In this document: piece by piece, positions 40,935 to 53,234 of the stretch
How the letters are laid out: every line of letters begins with the position of its first letter
Position numbering within the stretch: position 1 is the stretch's first letter
Origin: Eledone cirrhosa
Taxonomy: Eukaryota
Assembly: GCA_964016885.1 (NCBI GenBank)
Contig: OZ024740.1
Coordinates: 342,240,001-342,304,000, forward strand
Direction: 5' to 3'
DNA length: 64,000 nt
The notes under the pieces: model-generated
Database searches by the model: none
Seen by the model: only the letters and a program-made list of their open reading frames with translations
What the model was told of the DNA's origin: nothing
Translations under genes and position numbers: made by a program

Positions 40935-41062
40935 GTACGCTCCCACAGACACACACACAGAGGCACGCGCCCATACACAGACACGCACGCACATATATTG
41001 TTCCTACTCTTCACAACAATGCTGTATTACCATATCCATGTTGGGAGTTGCTGTTCATCAAT

Positions 41063-41095
<33 letters not shown>

Positions 41096-41404
41096 AAGAG
41101 AGAGGAGGTTAGTGAAAGTGAAAGAGAAAGAGAAAGAGAGAGTGAGAGAGAAGTACAGCATTGACAGATCTATTTTACCGAACAGCTCAACCTTTCCTCT
41201 CCTTCTCCTGTTGTTTTAAGGAACTGGTTTTATTATCCTTAATATGATCCCTTCATTGTAGTCTGAGACAATTTAAGACTTGTCTGGAACTTGTTGAGGC
41301 TGCTGTCTCTTACAGTTGTTCATTGTTCTCTCTAAGCATTAAATAGATAAGTAATTTGGAGCAGATTGAAAAGGAACTCTCTGCCTACCCATTTGTGTTG
41401 TTAG

Positions 41405-41912
41405 ACCTTCCACTCTTACGACGACGACAGCGACAAGTGTTCTAGTTGATTCGATAAACAGTTTGCTTGTGAAATTAACGTACAAATAGCCGAACATTCT
41501 ATAGACACGCGCGCCCTTAACGTAGTTATTAGGGAGATTTAATGACACTAAGTGGGACGAAACTGGCTCTTTCAATTTACAGATAAACAGTGCCGGATCT
41601 AGAACAAATGAGGCCCTTTGCTAGTTAAGTTATGAGGCACCAAATATTTGAAAAATTCACCGCAAAAAATTTTGAAGGCAGGAAGATACCCCCCTATCCC
41701 TGGCCAACGGGACCCTGTGCTTAAGTACACCTAAGCACAATGGTAAATCCAGCACTGTTCAGATGCAACTCATTTTTGTCAGCTGAAATAAAGTGAAATA
41801 ATTTTGTCAGCTGAAATAAAACATAAAATAAAGTGTTTTGCTCAAAGACACAATGCTCCGTCAGAAATCGAACTCATGACCCAGTGATCCTAACCACTAC
41901 GCAACGCGTTCT
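41405..41912 (-). mobile_element. SINE family C interrupted by a MITE
   Basis: Homology to 40334-40657 on both sides of 41588-41757. Confidence 0.75.
41588..41757. mobile_element. hAT-type MITE
   Basis: TIRs CAGTGCCGGAT / ATCCAGCACTG; related copy at 63162-63289. Confidence 0.75.
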
Positions 41913-42240
41913 TCACCCAACAATCCCTGTTCTCTGAAGAATACTCTTTGTTTTGAGATTCAAATTCAATTCCCTCCTGTAGTAATAAATGTTCAGTATC
42001 AATCTTATAAACTCATGTCACAAAAAATGACAACAGTTTTATGAAGTACAGAGAATGGCATATCCATTGAAAACAATGGATGAAACCACTGATAAATATA
42101 TTTATAGCTTTACAAAATAGAAAAAAGGGGGATAATGGCTTTGATTATAAACAACATTAATATAGTGTGTGTGTGTGTGTGTGTACGTGCGCGCGCGATC
42201 TGTATTTGCTACTCGCTGTTTTAAGATGAAAATATAAATA

Positions 42241-42353
42241 ATTGTTTCTACTTTTGGCACAAGGCCAGCATTACTGGTACTTTATTTTATCGATCCCGTA
42301 AGGATGAAAGGTAAAGTTAACCCCGACCCTCTACCGATACTGCCAATCCGCCC
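42241..42353 (-). mobile_element. SINE family A, internally deleted
   Basis: Family core; TSD TGAAAATATAAATA. Confidence 0.75.
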
Positions 42354-42419
42354 TGAAAATATAAATAAAATAGTTTAGTCATGAAAAAACAACAACTCTT
42401 CCCTGAATATACAAATATA

Positions 42420-42700
42420 TCATCATCATTATCATATTCATCATCGTTATCGTCATCATCATTACCCTCGTCATCATCCCCATCATCATTAACACCATCA
42501 TCATCACTGTCGTCATCATAATCATCATCATCGTTGTCATCATCATCATCATCATTATCATCGTCGTCGTCATCATCGTCATCATCATCATCGCCGTCGT
42601 CGCCACCACCACCACCACCATCATCATTGTCGTCGTCACTATCATCATCATCACCATTATCATCGTTGACATCATCAATGTCATAATCATTTATGTTCAT
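42420..42700. repeat. Degenerate (CAT/CGT)n trinucleotide tract
   Basis: Direct reading; the poly-Asp ORF is a by-product of the repeat. Confidence 0.85.
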
Positions 42701-43299
42701 GTTTGTATGTATGCACTGGTTGGATGGGTCCTCTCTAAAACGGTGACGTCATTTGTTACATTCCTTTTGTCACCTTCTTTGCGACTTTCAGCATTCTGAG
42801 ATCAGCATTCTGAGATCAGCCTTCCTCTTTTCTACGCAAGTCTTCTTGAGTCTTTCTTCTCTGCGGCTTCCTTCGCTGGGATCTTTTGCCACTTCTGTAT
42901 CCAGCTGTTATCATCCTTACACATCACGTGTGCATGACAGCATAGTCTTCTATCTTGCACATAACATCTGATTCCTGTCATATAACAGTTGTTCGTTCAA
43001 CTCTTGATACCAAACCGCTTGAAATCATTTTTGGTTTCATAATTCTAAGCAGTTTAGTATGTATGTTCTTCTGGTTTTATAATTTCCCAATTTTTTTTCC
43101 AATAGAGAGAGAGAGTCGCTTTCTAACATAGACACAAGACTCTCTCATTGGAATTTACACAACATCAACTAGGTAGATATGTATGTATGCATGCATGTGT
43201 AGATATGGATGTTATTGTATGTATGGATGTGTATGTTTTGAGTTGTATGTGTGCATGTGTATATGCTTTGTACATGTGTATATGCAGTTATTAGATGCA

Positions 43300-43700
43300 A
43301 CATTTTTGGAATGTTTTACATATTTTTACTGTTCCATTAATGGATTGTACTTGTATATCCTAACTAGTTGTGTTCTTTCTGTTCCTGTGAAGCCTAGCTT
43401 CTCAAGATTTGTATTGAGGCAGTTACTAACATACCCCAGTGCCTCAATAATCACAGGCATAAATCTGAAGGTGTAATCAGGGTGGAGTATCTGCAGATTT
43501 CTCATTAGTTCTGCATAAATATTCTCCTTTTCGCTAATCTTTGATATTATATTGGCATCTGCTGGGCAGCTAATTTCCACTACTGTGCATGCTTTCTTCT
43601 CCCTGTCCCATATCATAATATCTGGTCTGTTATTCCTACATTTTATTGGGGTTTTTACTGGAACATTCCACCAGTACTCTTTCATATTATGTATGTATGT
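43300..43700 (-). mobile_element. RLE domain fragment of an R4/Dong-like non-LTR element
   Basis: YWWNVPVKT...NNRPDIMIWD...VVEISCPAD..EKENIYAEL...PVIIEALG. Confidence 0.8.
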
Positions 43701-43964
43701 ATGAACGTCTACACTCTCACCCCGCCACCACATTTACATTTACACAAGTCATTACCCTATCTAGACTAAGGTAACTGACCTGTTGCCAAACTTCCTACTC
43801 TGTGTTGAATGTGTGTGTATATATGTATGTATGTGTATATAGGGCGGAAGAACTCATAAGAGTCAACGACCATCCAAAAGTGTGTAAATATATATATATA
43901 CATGTACATATGTATGTATATGTATATGTGTATATGCATGGGTGCATGTGTATACATATATGCG

Positions 43965-44317
43965 TGGGGACATAGAAATAGTCGGGCTGGATACCCGATC
44001 GCGCGGTTAAACCACTGGGAGCGAAGGATCTCTAGCCTTTGTCAGGGCATTCTTCTAGGAGAAGGCAACTCAGGAAACTGGGATAACTCCGATATAAAAC
44101 CTGCGGCTCAGTAGTTACCGATGATGTTGATCTTTTCTTCTTTTCGGGTTACTACAGCTACTGTCGCTCAGAGAGTGGGATTGGCTCAGTGCACAGTCTT
44201 TCCTCACTTTAATAAACATCTTCACGCACAGGCATTGCACGATAGAATGTATTACTAATTATTGATAATGGTATATCGTGCAATGTCCATACTCGATAAC
44301 GAGGGGGCAGCCATCAT
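43965..44317 (+). mobile_element. RTE-derived short non-autonomous element (related copy 45017-45297)
   Basis: CTTCTAGGAGAAGGCAACTC...GAGAGTGGGATTGGCT...GGCAGCCATCAT, similar to the 27230-27801 family. Confidence 0.6.
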
Positions 44318-44587
44318 GTGTATATATATATATATCACTCAGTCAAAACGACCAAATTTCAACCCCAACGTCTACAACATCTACAACAACAACACCGGTA
44401 CCAATGTCTACAGCAACAACAACAGCATCAGAATGAAATGAACACCAACATTTACAACTGCAGCATCAAACGATAAAAAACCGCAAACAACAACTGCCAC
44501 CTCCATCACCACCACCACCCGCCACCACCATCTCCATCACCACCACCAGCGATCAGGCCTTAAGAAAACAACAACTATAATAATAAT

Positions 44588-44770
44588 AATTTTTCTGCTT
44601 TTGGCACGGGACCAGCGATTGTCCCAGCGCATCACTGGTGCTCTGTTTGATCGACTTCGTGGGGATAAAAGGCGGGATTTGAGCTCGGCGGGATTTGAAC
44701 TCAGACCATAAAGGAACGTAAGTCTATGCTGGAATGCATGGCGTCTGACCCTCTACCGATACTGCCACTG
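44588..44770 (-). mobile_element. SINE family A
   Basis: GGCGGGATTTGAACTCAGACC...CCCTCTACCGATACTGCCA. Confidence 0.75.
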
Positions 44771-45299
44771 AACAGTAACACACGAACGGCTTCAATTATA
44801 CGAACTCTTTCGAAAGTCAACAGTTGACATAATCTTGTATCAGTAATGACGGTAATATATATAATTATTTATATATGCATGTGTGTGAGTGGCGTGTGTG
44901 TGTTTGTTTGTATGCATGAGTGTTAGTGTGTGCGTGTGTGGGTATGTGTGGGTGTGTGCGTGCGTGTCGTACGTATGAGTGTCAATAAGTGAGTTTTTTT
45001 TTTTCTTTTTTTCATGCACGGGGACATAGAAATAATCGGGCTGGATACGCGATTGCGCAGTTAAACCACTGGCAGTGAAGGACTTCTAGCCCTTGTCAGG
45101 GCATTCTTCTAGGAGAAGGCAACTCAGGAAACTGGGTTAATTCCGACATAAAGCCTGCAGCTCAGTAGTGACCGATGATGTTGATCTTTTCTTCTTTTCG
45201 GGTTATAACTACTGTCGCTCAGAGAGTGGGATTGGCTCAGTGCACAGTCTTCCTCACTTTAAAAATATTCTTCACGCACAGGCATTGCACGATTGCATT

Positions 45300-46005
45300 A
45301 ATTAATAAACTCTACATGCATGGAAGTGCCGTCAGCCGGACCTGTCCGAGATGCGCGCAGGGCGATGAAACCGTCCTGCACGCACTCATCCAGTTTTCGA
45401 GCATTGCTGACTTGTGGGTTTATGCCGAACACCTGCTGTCACGTGTAGAATGGATCCGGCTATCAGCTGAGTCCATCATGAAAATTGCCCCGCCGTCTTC
45501 CTTTAGCCGAGAAGGGCAGGCAGTTTTTTTTTATCTTCCTAGTGGCCATGGTAAAAGAGATTGTATGGTGGACACGTCTGAAAGGGTTGAAGACGGGTAC
45601 TTTCCTTTCGGTGACGCCCTCATTAACTTTTTCAGGTTTCACCTGAATCAGGGTGAAGAGTGAAGTGCTGACTTCCAGCCAGTTTTTTGAAAGGTGGGTG
45701 AGAGAGGCAAGAATGGCCCATGTGAATGGGTCTACCCTGAGTGTGTGCCTGTAGCATTGTAGGAGGAAAACTGGAAGAGGGCATTTGCCCTAGCGGTCAG
45801 GGTAACCGTGGCTTTTCTTGTGGGCTTTCTCCACGAGCAACCTTCGGAGGTGTCCCCCCTATTGGGAAATTTTTCATTGTTTCCTTTTTTGTGACATACT
45901 CTGTTTTTGTTTTTTTTACATGCAGAAATGCCCATTCGTATTGTCCTGTGTTGTCCTTAATGTTATACTTTGTGTCAACTCTTGTAGTTAATAAAGAAAG
46001 CATTA
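45300..46005 (+). mobile_element. Tx1/L1-type LINE 3' end
   Basis: CPRCAQGDETVLHAL zinc-knuckle remnant, T-rich UTR, AATAAA at 45990. Confidence 0.7.
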
Positions 46006-46189
46006 ATTAATAATTATTAATAGTGTTATTATTATTATTATAATAAAGAAATCATTATTATTATTATTATTATTACTATAATTACTTTTTTTTTTCCAAT
46101 TCAATGATGTTCCAAAACAATATAAAAGCGATAATTGGCAATAAGGGCAGGGGCCCCAGGGTATCACAGCCCCCCTCCCTCGTCATCGT

Positions 46190-46860
46190 GCCACTGTAAT
46201 AGAGCCAAAAGGCATTTAATATTGGCTGCTGGAACGTACGGACGTTGCTTGACAGGGATTCCTTGGAACGTCCTGAACGAAGGACCGCTCGTGTTGCAAA
46301 GGAGCTTCGACGTTACGATCTTGACATCGTAGCTTTATCTGAGACGAGGTTAGCTGGAGATGGTCATCTTACAGAATTTTGTGGAGAATATACATTCTTC
46401 TGGAAAGGAAGAGATGAAGGAACCAGAAGAGAGGCTAGGGTAACATTTGCTGTTAAGACTGCTCTTGTGGATAAATTAGAAGAATTCCCAGTGGGGATTA
46501 GTGAGCGTCTTATGTCCATGAGTATTCCGCTGGACAAAGGAAGATATGTGACCCTGGTGAGAGTGTATGCTCCAACTATGAATTCTGTCGATGAAGAAAA
46601 AGTGTCTTTTTACCATGCCTTGAAAGGTGTTTTGAGAAATATCCCTCAGGCAGAATAAATTATCGTGCTTGGTAACTTTAATGTTAGAGTGGGTAGGGAT
46701 TTTAACACATGGAATGTAATAGGAAGGCATGGATGGGAAAGTGTAACAACAATGGTATGCTCCTGCTGCAGATGTGTGAGGAGCTGGATCTGTGTGTTAC
46801 CAACACCATGTTCCAGCAAAAGTAGAAATTTAAGACCACATGGATGCATCCTGCATCTAA
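46190..46860 (+). mobile_element. RTE-clade AP endonuclease (5' fragment)
   Basis: WNVRTLLD..ERRTARVAKELRRYDLDIVALSETR...VYAPT...GNFNVRVG...TTWMHP. Confidence 0.88.
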
Positions 46861-47800
46861 GGTTAATAAAATAAACTCATGGTATGATAGCAATAAATAC
46901 CAGATTGTAATGTTTATCAATACAACCCCTAGAGGTAAACTAGCTTACAAATTTAGAAGGGCCCTAGATAAACTTAAACTAAATATTAAGATAGTGGAAA
47001 GACCAGGTACCTCCATAAAAACACTAATTAGTAATACATACCCTTTTCAAAGACCTCTCTGTATAGATAGGAAATGCATAATCTGTAAGCTAAGCCCCCA
47101 TATTAACTGTAAAACTAGAAACATAGTATATAACATAAGATGTACTGAGGGACAATGTAAAAATAAGAATATAATGTACATAGGTGGGACAGTTCGTAGC
47201 ATAGGAGAACGATTAAATGAACACTAGCGAGAACTCCATGATAGAAAAGACTCATCAATACTCCACCAACATGCTAAAATAGAACATAAGGGCAAATTAG
47301 AGAGCATAGAGATAAAAATAAAATCTACACACAGAAAAGACGCAATGCTTAGACAAATCACAGAGGCAATAAACATAAATGAACTCCAACCAAAATTAAA
47401 TAGAAAACATGAACGGAATAGCAACATCACAACTTATAATTAAGGACAAAATGAAAACACACACACATAGAACGAACAACTAACTAGTAACATGTAAGTA
47501 AACAAATAAAAACACGCACAGACACCCGGATGTAACACATGCGCAAACTAAGCACACAACACACACAAAAACAAGATGGCGTAGGATAGAACAAAGGAGA
47601 GGCACAAAACAAAGAAAAGAATCCCCAGTCACTGAAGAGGTCACAGAATGTGTGACGAAAGAACTTTGACACTATATGAACAACCATCCGGTTGTGGATC
47701 CAACCAACCAACCGGAAATTTATAAAATTAATAATAAATTGAAGTGAAACAACTGGTGCGTGTGTTTCTTATTGGCAACATAACCCTCCCAAAGTATAAC
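46861..47800 (+). mobile_element. 5'-truncated PLE (GIY-YIG + pLTR) ending in (AT)n
   Basis: CIDRKCIIC...CKTRNIVYNIRC...MYIGGTVRSIGERLNEH; downstream HHR. Confidence 0.82.
47628..47670 (+). ncRNA. Minimal type I hammerhead ribozyme of the adjacent PLE
   Basis: GTCA-CTGAAGA-G-GTCAC(AGAATGT)GTGAC-GAAA-GAACT-T-TGAC. Confidence 0.7.
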
Positions 47801-47894
<94 letters not shown>

Positions 47895-48153
47895 ATAAAT
47901 TAACGGAGGCATAGGCCCTCGTTATTCCCTGTAAATAATGTGCTCAAAGGAGAAGAGATCCTGAGCTCTTTAAAATACAATATATATAAGCAGCGATTCT
48001 TTGCTTAAACTTTAATCTGTTATTTTAATAAATATATATATATATATATATAAGCAACGATTCTTTGCTTAAACTTTAATCTGTTATTTTAATAAATATA
48101 TGTATATATACAATATATTAACAAATGGAAACTATATTTATAAAACCATATTT

Positions 48154-48205
48154 ATTTCATTATACATATTTCAAGGGCCACCAAGGCACTTTCATCAGAT
48201 AAAAT
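48154..48205 (-). ncRNA. Minimal type I hammerhead ribozyme
   Basis: Minus strand: ATTTTAT-CTGATGA-AAGTGCC(TTGGT)GGCCCTT-GAAA-TATGTAT-A-ATGAAAT. Confidence 0.78.
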
Positions 48206-48570
48206 ATAATATAGGTTAGTTTTATAAATAAATATTGACATACTCTGAAAAAATGCAACCATTCTGGCTGGAATCTCCTGGATAGTGGAGTTATTAGATT
48301 TATTGTTGGTTTATTATGCAAATTAGTGTTGGAAAGGTTTAAATAACAGTATATTTAAATTAAGCCGTTGGAATAGGGAAAAAAAGAAAGAAAGAGAAAA
48401 AATGAAAGAAAGAAAGAGAAAAAACCTGAGTATATTTAAGTGAGAGAGAATAGCGTAATTTTGAGAGAAGAGGCGAAGAAATGAATATAGCGTGGATGAA
48501 TACCGCAAGATGGATAACCAATAAATAATAAAGCGTGGATAAATAATAATATCCGGATTCATTATAATGA

Positions 48571-48682
48571 TAAGTTCAAATCCCGCCGAGGTTGACTTTG
48601 CCTTTCATCCTCACAGGGTCGATAAAATAAAGTACCAGTAATGCACTGGGTAATTGCTGGCCTTGTGCCTAAAGTAGAAACA
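48571..48682 (+). mobile_element. SINE family A, 5'-truncated
   Basis: Family core; TSD ATTATAATGATA. Confidence 0.8.
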
Positions 48683-50105
48683 ATTATAATGATAGTTGAA
48701 GAATTTTATCTAATGTTTAATTAATAAATTTGATTAAATGTTTAATTAATAATTTATCAATTCAATCCGTAGTTTAAATGTGTGTTAGGTTATTCCAAAG
48801 TAAAGAATAGTTAGTGTTCTTTGATTTTAGGTCCCATAGTAAATTAGATAGAGAAGTTGAAGATTTTTTATTTATATTCGTAAAAGAGCATTTATGGTTA
48901 TTAAAACGGGACTTAAAATCTGTGGAGGTAGAGCCTACGTAATTAAATGAATTTAAATTAGTTTTTACATTACAATTATATACTATATGTTTAACTAAAC
49001 AATTGTTATTTAACGGACAGTTAGATTTATTTCTACAGTTACATTTATCAAAATTTAAGTTTCTAGGAGCCGTATTATTCAGTTGGATATTGCTGGGGTT
49101 ATTAATGGTATTCTGGTTAGGTTTTAAGTTTCTATTATTAATTCTGTTAATATTCTGCGCTAAATTACTGGTGGTTGAATACGTTAGTTTTATAGTATGT
49201 CTATTAAATATTGAGTAATACCTATGTGTTCTAGGGAAGCATTTATCTAGAGCTTTAAAGAATAATTTAGCAATAGGAGTTTTAATAGTTAATGAGAAAG
49301 GAGGGGCGAACCATAATATATTCCTAGTTCTATTTCTTTTTTTGTTTTTCGAATTATTGTAAGGTTTTCTATTATAGTTGTTAACATTATGGTTATTTAT
49401 CATATAATTATTATCAATGTATTTAATTTTATTACTATATCCAGCTCTACCTAACGCTTCGTTATAATATTGCGCTTTATCTTCAAAAATATTCTTATTA
49501 GCTGAAATTCTAGAAATACGTTGCTGCATAGAGTTTACTATGGTGTTTTTAACGGATCTGGGGTGATTTGAATTAAAATTAACGTAGTTTAAGTTCTCGT
49601 TTATTTTGTGAAATGGATAATAAAGACCTGTGTTAAGGTTTAAAGTTACATCTAGAAAATTAACTATTTTATAATTCTCTATTTCTATTTTAAGATTAAG
49701 GTAATTAAAAAATTGTATAATTTCTTTTCTTTTCCTATTTATTTCACAGTTATTATTTTCTATAAGTAATAGCATATCGTCGCGATATAAACCTCCGGTC
49801 ATCTGCGGTATTTTCCTATGTAGAGTATTATTAATAAAAAGCCCCACAAGATCCGTTATTTGGGCGGAATCGGATGACCCCATAGTGATATCGAAATTAC
49901 TATCTCTGTCTGCTCTAGTTCAGAGGTGGTTGTTAAATTTAATTAATGTTTTCCGTGCAGTTAAGATAATGCGCATTTCATTACTAGTTAAGTCTGTATG
50001 TTTAAATGCATATGTTAGGGCTTTATTAAGTAGATTAGGAGTGATGGATAAGTAATAATTAGCAATATCTAATTGAATTAACTTATTATTATAGTTATAT
50101 TTAAT

Positions 50106-50293
50106 TGTTTCTACTTTTGGCACAAGGCCAGCAATTATCCCAGTGTATTACTGGTACTTTATTTTATCGACCCCGTAAGGATGAAAGGCAAAGTTAACCT
50201 CGGCGGGATTTGAACTCAGACCATAAAGGGCCGTAACCCTTTACTGCAAAGCATGGCGTCCGACCCTCTACCGATACTGCCAATCCACCGCCC
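50106..50293 (-). mobile_element. SINE family A inserted in the PLE RT
   Basis: 20-bp TSD TTATTATAGTTATATTTAAT at 50086-50105 and 50294-50313. Confidence 0.92.
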
Positions 50294-50683
50294 TTATTAT
50301 AGTTATATTTAATGTCTTTAAACCAGTCGATAACTTCGTTAGTTCCTTTCCATAATTTTAAATAAGATAATTCTTTAATTTGTGGTATGATTCTGTCTAA
50401 AATGTTCTTGCTAAGTATGCCAAGGTCCGATTTAGATGGTTTAATTAATCTAACTGGTAATTCAATTTCAAAATTCCTTTTATGGTCCTTCATATTAATT
50501 TTTTGTCCCTTGGCATGAAGGGTTGTGTCCTATTTTCAATGCCTAATTCCTGCATTATGTAAGAAGCTTCTGTATTCAATTTTTCAATATTGTATATTTA
50601 CTCCAATAATTTGTTGAGTGCTTTATATCAGTTATAAAAATATTTTGCTTGTTGTATCCCAACAAATTAAATATAACCTCTAC

Positions 50684-50815
<132 letters not shown>

Positions 50816-51220
50816 TATACTGCATGGAATTTTATAATTTTTTTATAATTTTTATAAGCAAAATATTATTTTCTTTCTTCTAAGAAAGATCTAAAAACAA
50901 CAACAGCAACAACAACTACCAACTGTTGATGTTCTTCTAATGTTAGTTGTTGACGTCTTCGTTCTATTTTGTGGTAGAGTTAAACATGTTTTTGTAATCT
51001 CAACATAGAACCTTTTTTGTTTCGGTGGCCAACATGAGAACATTCACAAATCTTCAGTCCGAACACTGTTACCCACTCAGTAAATAAACTGATTTGGTAG
51101 TTTCTTATGATAAACTGTTTGTTTGTTTTTAACTAACTGTTGCACCCATAAGTGTTTTGATTCGCTTAAGATAGCTAGCTATGAATTATTACTTAAGCGC
51201 TCTCTCTCTCTCTCTCTCTC

Positions 51221-51286
<66 letters not shown>

Positions 51287-51425
51287 CAGCCTCTCTCTCC
51301 CTCCAGCCTCTCTCTCTGTATATTAGAAGTCAGAAGAAATTACGGAAGATCTTACTTAAATCATCATAATTACCTATTTGTAAAAACGCGAGTGAGGGCA
51401 GGATATCGATATAAAATGTCATTAC

Positions 51426-51458
<33 letters not shown>

Positions 51459-51636
51459 GGGGCAATTGAGAGAGAGAGAGAGAAAGAAAGAGAAAGAGTA
51501 AGAGAAAGGTGAAGGTGAAGGGAAAATAGGTAAAGAGAGAGAGGATAGAGGTGGTGAGATAGAAAGTGGTAGAGGATAGATAAGAGGGGGAAATAAGAGT
51601 GATAGAGAGAGATGGGATAGATATAAGAAAGGATAG

Positions 51637-51797
51637 ATAGTCGAGTGGGTGTAGGAGTGACTAGAAAAATAATCATATGCTAAATAAAGCAGGATCGCCA
51701 ACCAGTGGCCCACGGACCACCAGTTGGCCACTGGTTGGCAACCCTGCTTTATTTAACATGATTATTTTTCTAGTCATTCCTACACCCACCCGACTAT
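51637..51797. mobile_element. Fold-back MITE-like element
   Basis: ~73-bp imperfect inverted arms; core CAGGATCGCCAACCAGTGGCC / GGCCACTGGTTGGCAACCCTG. Confidence 0.75.
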
Positions 51798-51803
51798 TTA
51801 TTA

Positions 51804-52058
51804 ATAATAATGAAATTATTGTGTACAGTGCTCAGGTGCACTACAACTCATCAAAGGTACATGTACAGTACATAGGAAAATGTATAAATGTCAGGAAAGT
51901 GAATAGTGTATGACTCATGATATACAAGTGTGCGTGTGCATGGAGAGGGGTTAGTGTTGGCGAATTTCAGGAAGCATGGAGGTTTTAAAGGATGCAGTGT
52001 CGCGACAGCTAACAGCTGATGCAGGTAGTTTGTTCCTTGCTTCAGCAACTCTGAGCGT
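51804..52058 (-). mobile_element. CR1-type LINE 3' end fragment
   Basis: Same family as 11818-12140. Confidence 0.7.
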
Positions 52059-52293
52059 CGGTGGTCCGCAGAAAAATTTGGACATTATTTGTAATGTTTA
52101 TGTTGTATTAATAATAAAACCAACATATTTGGTTAAAATATATTTCATAACACCCCTAAAAATGTTTCTCCTCAGTAAAGAACTAGCATCCATGAAATAA
52201 TTTGTTCACATATGTATCATCTGTTGACAATATGACACATGTACACTTCAGTATTGTTTAATAAAATGGAAGTTCTCTGACCATTATTTTACA

Positions 52294-53020
52294 AGTGGAT
52301 TGGCAGTATCAGTGGAGGGTCGGACGCCATGCTTTCCAGAATAGAATTATGTCCCTTTGCGGTCTGAGTTCAAATCCCGCCGAGATTAACTCTGCCTTTC
52401 ATCCTTAATAGGTAGATAAAATAAAGTACCAGTAATGCACTGAGATAATTGCTGGCCTTGTGCCAAAAGTAGAAACAATTATTTATATTTTCATCTTAAA
52501 ACAGCGAGTAGCAACATATAACATACGAATTCTAGACTCCAAATATTTATGTTCAATGCATGTGTCTACTATTGATGATATAATTATTATATAATTGTTT
52601 CTATTTTTGGCACAAGGTCAGCAATTACTCCAGTGCATTATTGGTGCTTTATTTTATCGAACCCGTAATGATGAAAGCAAAGTTAACCTCGGCAGGATTT
52701 GAACTCAGAACGTAAAGGGCCGTAACTCTATGCTGTAAAGCATGGCGTTCAACCCTCTATCGATACTGCCAATCCAAAGCCCTATTATTATATCATTATA
52801 TAATGATTTCTAGTATTTTTTTACATCATTATATAATTGTTGCTACTTTCGGCACAAGGCCAGCAATTACCCAGTACATTACTGGTACTTTATTTTATCG
52901 ACCTCGTAAGGATGAAAGGCAAAGTTAACATTGGCAGGATTTGAACTCAGATCGTAAAGGGACGTAACTATGCTGGAAAGCATGTCCAACCTCCTACCAA
53001 CTCTGCCAATCCACTGCCCT
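52294..53020. mobile_element. Cluster of three family A SINEs (52294-52480 +, 52594-52783 -, 52836-53020 -)
   Basis: Family core in each; repeated flank ATTATATAAT around the minus-strand copies. Confidence 0.82.
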
Positions 53021-53234
53021 ATATCATTATATAATGATATTTTAATGACAGTATACAGGGTATGGAAATATTAATCTGTCATCTTTTAGGTCAAAAGCTT
53101 CCTGTCAGATTAAACCATTGTAGTAAGAGTTCAGGAAGGGAGGGGCTCTCGTTCTGAATCACATTCTATCAATTTTGGTGTAGCCCAATGTTGGGTTATA
53201 TTTCTATAATGTTGGTATTAGTATATGTCACATT

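Larger units (their letters stand above)
48110..50683 (-). mobile_element. PLE related to the palindromic one, with 3' HHR pLTR and an inverted pLTR tail at its truncated 5' end
   Basis: ORF pieces 50194-50493, 49920-50123 and 48774-49883 (MGSSDSAQITDLVG, GLYRDD, YVGST); HHR at 48154; 50585-50683 matches the pLTR tail of 32080-32172 in + orientation. Confidence 0.85.

Noticed and set aside
42317-42700. Poly-Asp acidic protein ORF
   Set aside because: Degenerate (GAT)n tract with no supporting exon structure or unique coding context.
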